Source: Bacteroidota bacterium
GTDB taxonomy: Bacteria; Bacteroidota; Ignavibacteria; OLB7
DNA: 64,000 nt
Direction of reading: 5' to 3'
NCBI GenBank assembly: GCA_018266795.1
Contig: JAFDZV010000004.1
Span: forward strand, 69,273-133,272
In this document: piece by piece, positions 37,295 through 46,754 of the stretch
Layout of the letters: each line of letters begins with the position of its first letter
Position numbering within the stretch: position 1 is the stretch's first letter
The notes under the pieces: model-generated
Told to the model about the DNA's origin: nothing
The model's database searches: none
The model's input: the letters and a program-made list of their open reading frames with translations, nothing else
Program-made: the position numbers and the translations under genes

Positions 37295-40200
37295 GGCAGG
37301 TCTCCTCCAACCAGATACTCCAGTTCCGTACGAATGCGCTCCGCCTGGTGGAGAGCGTCGATATATCCAGACTCGGTTTCGATCAACGACGACTGCGCGG
37401 CCAGTACCTCGAGGTAGCTTGCGCCTCCCTCCCGGAACAGGCGAAGAGCTATCCGCGCTCCTTCCGTTGCCTGCGGGATCAGATGCTCCGTGTACTCCGC
37501 AACGGATCCGCGCGCCGTCTGATAGGATGCATACTGTGTCCGGAGCAGCGAGAGAAGGTGCAGGCTGTCGCGTGCCAGCTCTGCAGCACGCAGCTCCGTC
37601 TCCGAACGCGCAAGCCGGTCCGGTCCGTCGGAGAACCATCGCCAGAGCGGAACGCCAAGCCTGATGGAACCTCCGAAGTATCCCGGCGAACCCTCCACGG
37701 TCTGCCGCGAGTATTCCAGCGTTGCGGAGGGAAGGCGTTCCAGATGAACGGTGCGTTCGCGCGCGCGTGCGGCGTCAACGGCAAGGCGGCCTGCATCCAG
37801 CACCGGATGATCTCCCCGCAGCCGGTCCTCCAGATCGGCGAGCGATGCCGTGAACGCAGCGGGCGACAGCCGCTCACCAACAGTGATCTCCTCACCGGAT
37901 GGGATGCCCATCAACGCGCCGAGGGTGGCGGCCGCCTGCCGGAGCTCCCCGCGCGCAAGCGTCTGCCGCCTCCGTGCGTTTGCAAGCGCAACCGATGCCT
38001 GCAGCGGCTCCAGAGCGCCGGACTCGCCGAGCGCGCGGCGGCGTTCGGTGAGCTGCGCGAACTGTTCCGTGAGAGCCACGGCGGAGTCCGCGAGATCGAG
38101 CAGCGTGCTCGCGGTGACCAGATCGGTATATGCCTGCGTTGCGCGGAGCAATGTCTCGCGGCGTGCGGCATCGCGCTCGCGTTCCGATTGACGGATCTCG
38201 AGATCGGCCGCCTCCGCCCGAGCGCTGTAGAGCGGAGGGAGGTCGAACGATTGCGCTATGCCGAGTGATGTGTTGGAGCGTCCCCTGAGCGATGCCGACG
38301 GAGCCTCATCCACCGTGAAGAAGATCTCCGGGTTCGGAAAGATGCCGACGGCCGACCGTGCCGCCCTGCGCGCCTCGATGGCGGCATCGCTTCGTTTCAG
38401 CTCCGGTCCGTTTGCAATCGCCTGCCGGCGCACGGCCTCCAGCGTTACCACGGTCTGCGCGCGAAGTGCTGGACCGCCGAACAGAGATGCGCCTCCCAGA
38501 AGCAGCGCGAGCACCAGGGCCGCTCCGCCGGCCGCTCCGCTCTCCGTACGGCGCGCGGGTTCCGCCTCCTCGTGTGCTATCTCCTCCGAGGTTTCCTCGT
38601 GTCCCTCCACATGCCTGCCGCCGAACCGGTCGTAGATGATCGGCAGAAGCACCAGTGTGAGGAGCGTGGAGGAGATGAGGCCGCCGATGATCACCGTGGC
38701 AAGCGGGCGCTGCACTTCGGCTCCCGCTCCGCGCGCGAGAAGCATTGGAAGGAAGCCCAGCCCTGCGAGCGCGGCCGTGGTGATAACCGGGCGCAGCCGG
38801 TCAGCGGCTCCCTGCAACACCGCATCGCGGCGCGCGGCTCCTTCTCCCTGATACTTCCTGATTGCGGCCACCATCACGATGCCGTTCAACACGGCGATGC
38901 CGAAGAGCGCGATGAAGCCGATCCCTGCCGGGATCGAGAAGGGAAGCCCGCCGATTGCAAGCGCGGCAACGCCTCCTATCACCGCCATCGGCACGCAGAG
39001 GAAGATCATCACGCCAAGCCGCACGGAGCGGAACGCCTGAAAGAGGAGTAGAAAGATGAGGGCGAGCGCAATCGGCACCACGATCGCCAGCCGGCGCGAC
39101 GCGGCCTGGAGGTTCCCGAACTGTCCGCCGTAGACGATGCTGTAGCCGGCCGGCAGCTTCACCGTCCCCGCGATCCGCCGCTGCACCTCCTCCATGTAGC
39201 TCTGGATATCGCGATCGCGAACGTTGGCCTGCACCATCACGAAGCGCGAGCCGTCCTCGCGGGAAACCTGTGCCGGCCCCTCCTCGATGCCGACGCGGGC
39301 CAGCGAGGAGAGCGGGATTCGCCCGCCGCCCGGTGTGGTCACCAGAATGTTGCCGATCGCCTCGGCGCTGTTGCGCGCATCGGATTGATAGCGCACCACC
39401 ACATCGAAGCGCTTCTCCCCCTCCGACACCTCGCCCGCCTTTGCGCCGCCGATCGCCGTTCGTACGATCTCGTTGATCGTCTCCACCGTCAGCCCGTAAC
39501 GTGCAATCGCCGCGCGGTCCGGGCGTACAACCAGTTGCGGCTGGCCGGATGTCTGGTCCACCGTCACATCCTCGCCTCCCGGCGTTGCGCGGAGTACGGC
39601 GGCGATACGTTGCGCCATCGGGCTCAGAACATCGTAGTCCTCGCCCACCACCTTCACGGCAACGTCGCCCTTCGCGCCGGCGATCAGCTCGTTGAAACGC
39701 ATCTCGATCGGCTGAAGAAACTGCACGCCGATTCCGGGAATGTTCTTCAAGCGCTCGGATATCGCCTCGATCAATTCCTCCTTGCTCCGTCCGCTCTTCC
39801 ATTCATCCCTCGGCTTCAGCATGATGAAGACGTCTGCGATCTCGAAGCCCATCGGGTCGGTGGAGATCTCCGCGCGTCCGGTGTGCGACACCACCCGCTT
39901 CACTTCCGGGAAGCGCACGATCTCCTGCTCCGCGCGCGTCGCAAGCCGCTGCGACTCCGTCAGCGACACCGACGGAAGGCGGATCAGCGACATGGAGATA
40001 TCCCCTTCATCGAGTCGCGGAATGAACTCGCTCCCGAGCCGCGTGAAGAGGAACACGGCCCCCGCAAGCAACAGGACGGTTGCCGCAACGATCGCCTTCC
40101 AACGGGTAAGCGCTCCCCGCAGGAAGGGGCTGTAGCGGTGATCGAGGAAGGTGATGATCGGTGAGTGACGGATCGTTCCCTTCTTTTTCATCAGCAGCGA

Positions 40201-41694
40201 GAGCATCATCGGCACATAGGTGAGCGAGAGGAGGAGCGCGCCGATGAGAGCGTACGACACGGTAAGTGCCATCGGCCGGAAGAGCTTCCCCTCGATCCCC
40301 TGCAGCGTAAGGATCGGCAGATAGACAACGATGATGATCACCACGCCGAACGTCGCGGACTTCCGCATCTCCTCGGAGCCCTGATAGATCACGTCGCGCA
40401 ACGTGGTGCCGGTGAGCACCTCGCCGCGGCTGTAGCGCCGTTCGAGGAGGCGGAGGCAGTTCTCCACGATGATCAGCGAGCCGTCCACAACCAGACCGAA
40501 GTCGATCGCGCCGAGCGACATGAGGTTGCCGGACTGCCCGGTAAGCACCATCATGATGCCGGCGAACATCATCGCCAGCGGAATCACCGATGCCAGTATC
40601 AGTCCCGAGCGGAGATTGGCGAGGAAGAGAAGAAGCACGCCGATCACCAGCAGTGCGCCCTCGATCAGATTGGAGGCCACCGTATGAATGGTGCGATCAA
40701 CCAGATCCTCGCGATCGTAGTACGGCTCGATCACTACACCGTGCGGAAGCGACGGCTTGATCTGCTCGATCCGTTCCTTGACGGCGTTCACCGTCACGCG
40801 TGCGTTGGCGCCCTTCAGCTGCATCGTGATACCGGTGACAACTTCGCCCGTGCCGTTCTCCGATGCCGAGCCGAAACGGAGCGCGGGGCCGGTCTGCACC
40901 GTGGCGACATCGGCGAGCGTGATCGGTGTGCCGGCCGGGTTGGCCCTGATAACCGTGCTCTTCAGATCGTCGATGCCGGTTGCAAGCCCGACGGAGCGCA
41001 CCGAATACTGCTCCGGTCCGGTCTCGATATAGCCGGCGCCGGCGTTGCCGCTGGTTCGCGTCACCGCATCGAACACGTCGCGGAGTGTGAGATCGAATGC
41101 AACCAGTGCGTTCGGGTTTACCAGAACGTGATACTGCTTTGCGTAGCCCCCGAGCGAATTCACCTCCGCGATGCCCGGCGTGCCCAGAAGCCCGCGGCGG
41201 ACGATCCAGTCCTGAACGATTCGCAGGTCCATGGGGGAAAGCGTTCCGGTGGTATCACGAACCACATAGCGGAAGATCTCTCCAAGCCCCGTGGAGACCG
41301 GCGCAAGCTCCGGGCGTCCCGCGCCCGACGGCATCTGTTCTTCGGCCTCGCGAAGCTTTTCGAGGATCTGCTGCCGTGCGAAGTAGATGTCCACGTTGTC
41401 CTCGAAGACAACGGTTACCACGGAGAGCCCGGGGCGCGAGAGCGAACGGAGCTCCACCACGTTCGGGATCGACTTCAGGGCGATCTCCACGGGGAACGTG
41501 ACGAATCGTTCCACCTCCAGCGAGGAGAGCGCCGGGGCCTGGGTGAGAATCTGAACCTGATTGTTGGTGATGTCCGGGACGGCATCGATCGGCAGCCGTG
41601 CAAATGCCCAGATGCCGCCGCCGACCAGCGCCAGGGTCAGCAGGCCGATGAACCCGCGCTGTCGGAGTGAGAACGCGATGATCGCGTTGAACAT
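37291..41694 (-). CDS. HME-type RND permease (CzcA/CusA family) continuing in frame into a TolC-like outer-membrane factor (CzcC-like)
   Basis: 1467-aa ORF. Residues 1 to about 1040 are a typical RND permease (AIDFGLVVDGSLIIVENC; 12 TM segments plus periplasmic loops). After an acidic linker (HEETSEEIAHEEAEP) comes a signal-peptide-like stretch (AALVLALLLGGASLFGGPALRAQ) and an OEP-family domain with two repeats (TLLDLADSAVALTEQ..., YIDALHQAERIRTELEYL). Confidence 0.75.
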   Translation of the reverse strand: MFNAIIAFSLRQRGFIGLLTLALVGGGIWAFARLPIDAVPDITNNQVQILTQAPALSSLEVERFVTFPVEIALKSIPNVVELRSLSRPGLSVVTVVFEDNVDIYFARQQILEKLREAEEQMPSGAGRPELAPVSTGLGEIFRYVVRDTTGTLSPMDLRIVQDWIVRRGLLGTPGIAEVNSLGGYAKQYHVLVNPNALVAFDLTLRDVFDAVTRTSGNAGAGYIETGPEQYSVRSVGLATGIDDLKSTVIRANPAGTPITLADVATVQTGPALRFGSASENGTGEVVTGITMQLKGANARVTVNAVKERIEQIKPSLPHGVVIEPYYDREDLVDRTIHTVASNLIEGALLVIGVLLLFLANLRSGLILASVIPLAMMFAGIMMVLTGQSGNLMSLGAIDFGLVVDGSLIIVENCLRLLERRYSRGEVLTGTTLRDVIYQGSEEMRKSATFGVVIIIVVYLPILTLQGIEGKLFRPMALTVSYALIGALLLSLTYVPMMLSLLMKKKGTIRHSPIITFLDHRYSPFLRGALTRWKAIVAATVLLLAGAVFLFTRLGSEFIPRLDEGDISMSLIRLPSVSLTESQRLATRAEQEIVRFPEVKRVVSHTGRAEISTDPMGFEIADVFIMLKPRDEWKSGRSKEELIEAISERLKNIPGIGVQFLQPIEMRFNELIAGAKGDVAVKVVGEDYDVLSPMAQRIAAVLRATPGGEDVTVDQTSGQPQLVVRPDRAAIARYGLTVETINEIVRTAIGGAKAGEVSEGEKRFDVVVRYQSDARNSAEAIGNILVTTPGGGRIPLSSLARVGIEEGPAQVSREDGSRFVMVQANVRDRDIQSYMEEVQRRIAGTVKLPAGYSIVYGGQFGNLQAASRRLAIVVPIALALIFLLLFQAFRSVRLGVMIFLCVPMAVIGGVAALAIGGLPFSIPAGIGFIALFGIAVLNGIVMVAAIRKYQGEGAARRDAVLQGAADRLRPVITTAALAGLGFLPMLLARGAGAEVQRPLATVIIGGLISSTLLTLVLLPIIYDRFGGRHVEGHEETSEEIAHEEAEPARRTESGAAGGAALVLALLLGGASLFGGPALRAQTVVTLEAVRRQAIANGPELKRSDAAIEARRAARSAVGIFPNPEIFFTVDEAPSASLRGRSNTSLGIAQSFDLPPLYSARAEAADLEIRQSERERDAARRETLLRATQAYTDLVTASTLLDLADSAVALTEQFAQLTERRRALGESGALEPLQASVALANARRRQTLARGELRQAAATLGALMGIPSGEEITVGERLSPAAFTASLADLEDRLRGDHPVLDAGRLAVDAARARERTVHLERLPSATLEYSRQTVEGSPGYFGGSIRLGVPLWRWFSDGPDRLARSETELRAAELARDSLHLLSLLRTQYASYQTARGSVAEYTEHLIPQATEGARIALRLFREGGASYLEVLAAQSSLIETESGYIDALHQAERIRTELEYLVGGDLP

Positions 41695-42236
41695 GAAACT
41701 GTCCCTCCAGTCTGTGAAGGATGCGCGTGTGAATAGCGGTAGCGGGCTGCCGGAACGAACGTTCAGGCAACAGCAGAGGCATCCATGCGGCCGGCCGGCC
41801 GCAACAGGTGGAGTCAGACTAAGGGGATGTGGTCCGGCGGGTTGATCGCCGCTGTGGGTGGATTACATGCACGCGGCATGTAGCGAACGGAGGTGGAGTG
41901 CCAGATGAAGGCGATCCGGCATTGCGTTGCGAGCGCGGGAATGTGGCAGGCGCAGGCGCAATGATCGCAGTGCTGTGATCCGCGTCCCGATTCGCGATGA
42001 TGCGCATCGCCCTGCCGATCAACGGCACTCCCTGCGCGCTCGATGCCGTCGCGTTCGGAGGTGCGAGCAACCCTGCAATCGTGATCGACGCACGGCAGCC
42101 CCGGCTCCGCCGCGTACAGGGCGGAGAGAAGCAGGCAGAGGATGATATGCAGCGTAGAGCGACGCATCGAGGGGGCAAAGATAAACCCGGTGGCCGGGCG
42201 AAGCAACGACGCGTTCGACGCCGATCGGAGGTGCCA

Positions 42237-42367
42237 TGTGCGGCGGCGCGGTGTGAAGGCGGGATCGAATCACGTGTCTGGATGAGCAAGGATGGTGCGG
42301 CGGCGCGGTGTGAAGGTTGAATCGAATCACGTTCCAAGATGAGCAAGGATGGTGCGGCGTGCGGCGA
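42237..42367. repeat. 57-bp tandem direct repeat (2.3 copies) in the czc operon upstream/divergent region
   Basis: atgtgcggcggcgcggtgtgaaggcgggatcgaatcacgtgtctggatgagcaagg / atggtgcggcggcgcggtgtgaaggttgaatcgaatcacgttccaagatgagcaagg / atggtgcggcgtgcggcg. Confidence 0.8.
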
Positions 42368-42550
42368 TGCGCAGCGAATGCGTGGTCGAGCCATCGGCGC
42401 ATGTGACTACGCCTGCGCCAACGTGACGCACTACCGTGTGCGGGTACGGTGCGTCCTGTCTGTAGCGGGTGCCAATCTCCACAGAGCTACGATATTTGCG
42501 CCGGTGTGGTGTAATCGATGGTGCCCATTCTCAATTCGATATCAGCAATC

Positions 42551-43075
42551 ATGCCAGCAGAGTCAGCACTGGTTGTACTTGTACGGGAGGCCGAGGGATT
42601 GGTCGGCAGCTTTCGCGATCATCACGATCCGGCTGCGGCGGCAGGCGTGCCGGCGCACATCACCATCCTTTATCCATTCAAGGAGCCGAGCGAGCTGGCG
42701 CCTGAGGTGCTCGGCGACCTTGCCGGCCTGTTTGCCCGTGTCCCGGGCTTCGACGTGACGCTGCGGGAGTGCCGGCATTTCCCCGGCGTGCTCTATCTGG
42801 CGCCGGAGCCCGCGGAGCCGGTATGCCATCTCACGGAGATCGTGGTGCAGCAGTACCCGGAGAACCCGCCGTATGGCGGCCAGTTCGCCGAGATCATTCC
42901 GCATCTTACGGTGGCGCATGTTGAGGATGAACAGCAGATGGCGGAGATCACGGCGCAGTTGCATCATGCAGCGCTGGATCATTTCCCGATTCGTGCACGT
43001 GTTCATACCGTTACGCTGATGGAAAGCCGGGATGGACGCTGGCGGGTGCGCGGGCAATTCCCGCTGCGGGAGTGA
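42551..43075 (+). CDS. 2H phosphoesterase superfamily protein (LigT / 2'-5' RNA ligase-like)
   Basis: Two H-x-(T/S)-x motifs, HITILY and HLTVAH, at the spacing typical of the 2H fold. Start alternatives are 42518 and 42551. Confidence 0.65.
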   Translation: MPAESALVVLVREAEGLVGSFRDHHDPAAAAGVPAHITILYPFKEPSELAPEVLGDLAGLFARVPGFDVTLRECRHFPGVLYLAPEPAEPVCHLTEIVVQQYPENPPYGGQFAEIIPHLTVAHVEDEQQMAEITAQLHHAALDHFPIRARVHTVTLMESRDGRWRVRGQFPLRE

Positions 43076-43207
43076 CGCACGGATGTATCGATCGCTGTTT
43101 CTACCTTTGCACCCATTGCAACTGCGCATGCCCGAACGCGGGGAGGCCGGCGATGAGCCAGGAAGTCAGGCGCGCCATCATCCAACATCAAGACCAGGAT
43201 AGGTTCG

Positions 43208-43609
43208 ATGAACGAGCAGTCCACAGCCCCTGAACTTCAACAGCAATACCGTGCAATCGCCTCCGATGCGCTGGCTGCCGGTGTTCCCCCCGCCGGCGTG
43301 CAGGCCGCACTCGTGGAACATGGAATGGAGAACGATGCCGCGGCCAACATGGTGTCGCTGATCGTGAACGAGCGGAACTTCGACAGCGTTGCGGCTGCCA
43401 CCGTCGCGAGCGATACGATGGACCCGGAGACCGAGAGAGCCAGAAAGGATATGATCGCGGGGGGGATTATCTGTCTGATTGGCATTGCGGTAACGATTGT
43501 CTCGTATGTCGCAGCGTCGAACGGCGGCGGGAGATATGTGGTGACATGGGGCGCCGTACTGTTTGGCGGCATCCGATTCTTCCGCGGCTATGCTCGCTAC
43601 CGGGCGTAA
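43208..43609 (+). CDS. small membrane protein, hypothetical
   Basis: 133 aa; two C-terminal TM helices (GGIICLIGIAVTIVSYVAA, VVTWGAVLFGGI). Confidence 0.45.
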   Translation: MNEQSTAPELQQQYRAIASDALAAGVPPAGVQAALVEHGMENDAAANMVSLIVNERNFDSVAAATVASDTMDPETERARKDMIAGGIICLIGIAVTIVSYVAASNGGGRYVVTWGAVLFGGIRFFRGYARYRA

Positions 43610-43638
43610 CCCCTGCAACTCTGCGTTGGTGATTCCCG

Positions 43639-44007
43639 ATGAACAACGATACAACGGTGCTGTTCCGTCCGGTGGGGCAGGCGGAACTGGAATTGATTCG
43701 CAACTCCGGCTTCGCGGCATTTCCGCCGCGCCTGCCGGAGCAGCCCATATTCTATCCGGTGTTGAGCGAGGAGTATGCGCGGCAGATTGCGCGCGACTGG
43801 AACGCACGCCATGAGGCGGCGCATGTTGGATACGTGATGCGCTTTCGCGTGCGCAATGAATATCTGGCTTCGTACGAAGTACAAACTGTCGGCGGATCGA
43901 TGCACAGGGAGTACTGGATACCGGCCGATGATCTGGCAGAGTTCAATCGGAACATCGCAGGACCGATCGAAGTGATCGCCGAATATCGGAGTTCCGATTT
44001 CAACTGA
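43639..44007 (+). CDS. conserved hypothetical protein (122 aa)
   Basis: LFRPVGQAELELIRNSGFAAFPPRLPEQPIFYPVLSEEYARQIARDWN has a globular, well-conserved look; family not confidently recalled. Confidence 0.5.
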   Translation: MNNDTTVLFRPVGQAELELIRNSGFAAFPPRLPEQPIFYPVLSEEYARQIARDWNARHEAAHVGYVMRFRVRNEYLASYEVQTVGGSMHREYWIPADDLAEFNRNIAGPIEVIAEYRSSDFN

Positions 44008-44203
44008 AATAACTCGTTGGAATTGTCTGCGCGTTGTATCGAATTGGTGCCGGCATTCCTCGATGCGCGTGATGGTGCCGGGCAAATGCAGGCGTACGAA
44101 GGCGCAACCGTACGGCCGGCCGGGCGATGCGCTGCCGCCGTCTGTTCGATGCGTTGCGCGAATTGTGATCATCCATGAATCGGATCGCGATGGAGGCGGA
44201 ACG

Positions 44204-45058
44204 ATGAGCGTCCGGAATATTGGAATAATTCATCCCGGCCAGATGGGGATTTCCGTGGCTGCCGCTGCGCGGCACGCCGGGCATGCCGTCTGGTGGGCGG
44301 CCGAGGGGCGGAGCGAGGAGACACGCGAACGTGCCGAGGCGCATGGCCTTGGGAACGCCGGCTCACTGGCGAACCTCTGCACTATCTGCGATCTCATTAT
44401 CAGCGTATGTCCGCCGCATGCTGCGGACACCGTGGCCCGGGAAGTGATCGCATGCGGCTTCACCGGGCTGTACCTGGATGCCAACGCGATCGCGCCGGAG
44501 CGTGCCATCGGCATGGGGAAGGCTGTGACCCGCGCGGGCGGAACCTTCGTTGATGGCGGCATCGTCGGAGGTCCGGCGTGGACGCCCGGCACCGTGCTCT
44601 ATCTTTCCGGTCCGCGTGCGCAGGAGATCGCTGCATGCTTTGAAGAGAGCCTGTTGGGGGTGCGTCCGCTTGGTGAGGAGGTGGGGAAGGCCTCGGCGCT
44701 CAAGATGTGCTATGCCGCGTACAGCAAGGGAACCACGGCCCTCCTGGCCGCCATCCTCGCCTGTGCGGAGCGGCTGGGCGTGCGAACGGAGTTGGCGCGG
44801 CAGTGGAACGAGGATGATCCCGGCTTTGCGGATCAGGCGGAGGCGCGCGCACGAAGGGTGACGGCGAAGGCGTGGCGGTTCACCGGGGAGATGGAGGAGA
44901 TTGCATCCACGTTCCGTGAGTCCGGGCTGCCGGGCGGGTTCCACGAGGCGGCAGCGGATGTCTATCGCAGGCTGGGGCATTTCAAGAGGGAGGCTCCGGA
45001 GAGCATTGATGGTGTGTTGGCGGCGTTGCTCCGGCAGGATATGCCGGATAATCAATAA
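44204..45058 (+). CDS. NAD(P)-binding oxidoreductase (6-phosphogluconate dehydrogenase-like Rossmann domain family)
   Basis: Start MSVRNIGIIHPGQMGISVAAA (GxGxxG Rossmann); C-terminal helical domain; 284 aa. Confidence 0.65.
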   Translation: MSVRNIGIIHPGQMGISVAAAARHAGHAVWWAAEGRSEETRERAEAHGLGNAGSLANLCTICDLIISVCPPHAADTVAREVIACGFTGLYLDANAIAPERAIGMGKAVTRAGGTFVDGGIVGGPAWTPGTVLYLSGPRAQEIAACFEESLLGVRPLGEEVGKASALKMCYAAYSKGTTALLAAILACAERLGVRTELARQWNEDDPGFADQAEARARRVTAKAWRFTGEMEEIASTFRESGLPGGFHEAAADVYRRLGHFKREAPESIDGVLAALLRQDMPDNQ

Positions 45059-45125
45059 CGCGACGCCGTTGTATATTCACCCGTGATCACCCTTTGTTCC
45101 TTTTTTTCATTGATTTTCGAACACC

Positions 45126-45836
45126 ATGAACCTCCAGGATCTGAAAGGCCGCCTTCATACAAATGATCCCGATGCGCCGGACCGGCAATTCCAGGCGGCG
45201 ATCGAACTTGGGCGTATGGCCGGCGAGGGCGATGAGAACGATCGGGCTGCGATCGCTCTGGAGTTGATGTCTGCATTGGAGAGCAACCATCAGGCGCTTA
45301 CGCGCGCCCATGCCGCTCAGGAGCTTGGGAAGTTGAAATCCGCAGCTGCAGTTGATCGCCTGCTCGTGGCGCTGAAGGATTCCTACCAGCTCGTGCGCTC
45401 ATACGCTGCGCAGGCGCTCAGGAAGATCGGCGCCGTGGAGGCTATCCCGGCGCTCGTCCACGTGCTGGAGAACGATCCCTTCTTCGGAGCGCGTGCGGAA
45501 GCCGCCGAGGCAATCGGAGTGCTGATTCACAACTTCCCGGACGACTACCGATCCAAACAGGCGCAGGCCGTTCTGAACGAATACGAGGCGAAGGAAAAAC
45601 AGCGGCAGGAGGAAAACGGCAGGCGGGTGCTTCGCGAATTATTCGTTGCGCTGGACGGTGATGCCCGCGAGGTCGCGGATGTTGCGAACGAGCTTCAGCA
45701 GGAGCTTGCAGCGTTGCTGCAGGAAGCGGGCGTCAACAAGGCCCGGCTGAAGTGGGCTCTGGAGAAGGCGGAGAGAATCGAGTCGCGGATGAACACCATC
45801 GCAAAAATGGTGGAGCCGGTAAAGCCATCCTTCTGA
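45126..45836 (+). CDS. HEAT-repeat (PBS lyase HEAT-like) protein
   Basis: Repeated AAxALGxIGxxxAIPALVxxLxD-like units (RAHAAQELGKLKSAAAVDRLLVALKD, RSYAAQALRKIGAVEAIPALVHVLEND). Confidence 0.7.
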   Translation: MNLQDLKGRLHTNDPDAPDRQFQAAIELGRMAGEGDENDRAAIALELMSALESNHQALTRAHAAQELGKLKSAAAVDRLLVALKDSYQLVRSYAAQALRKIGAVEAIPALVHVLENDPFFGARAEAAEAIGVLIHNFPDDYRSKQAQAVLNEYEAKEKQRQEENGRRVLRELFVALDGDAREVADVANELQQELAALLQEAGVNKARLKWALEKAERIESRMNTIAKMVEPVKPSF

Positions 45837-45861
45837 CCAATGAATGCAATGATAGAATAGC

Positions 45862-46602
45862 ATGCCGAATCTTTTTTCGAATCCCGAAGATGTCGTACAG
45901 CTTGTCGGGCTTGCTCTGAACGACCGGTCCGTCAATGAGGCGCTCATGGACGCGAGTGCCACGCAGGTACTTCTCGATCGCCATCATCTGCAGATCGACA
46001 GCGCGGGCATATCGCTTGTCATCGAAATACTCGCGACGGTAGAGAAATGCTGGAGCGCACGCGAGGCGGCGGCTCCGGCGAACGTTCAGGAGGATGCAGA
46101 GGAGCGCAAGATCCGGCTGGACCTGAGGGAGGGGCTGATCAAGGGAATGCTCTCCGTTGTCAGCGGCATCGACAAGGGGTACGTTCATGTCATGAGGATG
46201 TACAACATCGTCTTCTATCTCGGGACGCTGTTCCTGGTGACCTCGGTGGTGGCGTCGCTGATGCTTCACGAGGATGCGTCGGCCTACCTGTTCGGCGGCG
46301 TCGGCTTTGCAGGGATTGTGGGAACGCTGATGTTCCGGCCGATCCAGAATCTGCAGCAGAGCCGTAGCAAGCTTGCGCAGCTTCAGGCAATGTTCATCGG
46401 GTGGTTGAACGATAACTACAATTGGAACAGGTACTGGCAGGTGGTGATGAACGCGCGATCGGCCAACGGAGCGCAGCAGCCGGACTTCGAAGTCATCAGC
46501 AGGATATCCGAAGTACAGTTGAAGCACACGGAGGAAATGATGGCGTTGATTCAGAAGTATGCAGCCGGTGTGCTCGGCTCGCGAACGCAGCGCCAGGGCT
46601 GA
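45862..46602 (+). CDS. hypothetical membrane protein
   Basis: 246 aa; central pair of TM helices (IVFYLGTLFLVTSVVASLML, LFGGVGFAGIVGTLMF); 26 bp downstream of the HEAT-repeat gene. Confidence 0.5.
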   Translation: MPNLFSNPEDVVQLVGLALNDRSVNEALMDASATQVLLDRHHLQIDSAGISLVIEILATVEKCWSAREAAAPANVQEDAEERKIRLDLREGLIKGMLSVVSGIDKGYVHVMRMYNIVFYLGTLFLVTSVVASLMLHEDASAYLFGGVGFAGIVGTLMFRPIQNLQQSRSKLAQLQAMFIGWLNDNYNWNRYWQVVMNARSANGAQQPDFEVISRISEVQLKHTEEMMALIQKYAAGVLGSRTQRQG

Positions 46603-46754
46603 TTGATCGCCGGCTTCGATGGTTGCGCCGCTGCCGGCAGCATGTTCAGGCATTACGAAACGGTCCCGAAGCATTTGCTTCGGGACCGTTTTGATTTGGT
46701 GACGGTGTTCGCCGCAGTGAAGGGCGAGACGGGTCGCCATCGGAAGTGGCGCGG

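Noticed and set aside
37294-37639. N-terminal 115-aa extension of the membrane-fusion protein ORF (start at 37639)
   Set aside because: It would overlap the 3' end of the RND-OMF ORF by ~350 bp and has no signal peptide. The internal ATG at 37294 gives an ATGA-coupled start followed by a lipoprotein-like signal.
41819-42394. 191-aa minus-strand ORF in the czc upstream region giving a repeated HPCSS...HTAPPH peptide
   Set aside because: The periodic peptide is a by-product of translating the 57-bp tandem DNA repeat, with no start context. Treated as non-coding regulatory DNA.
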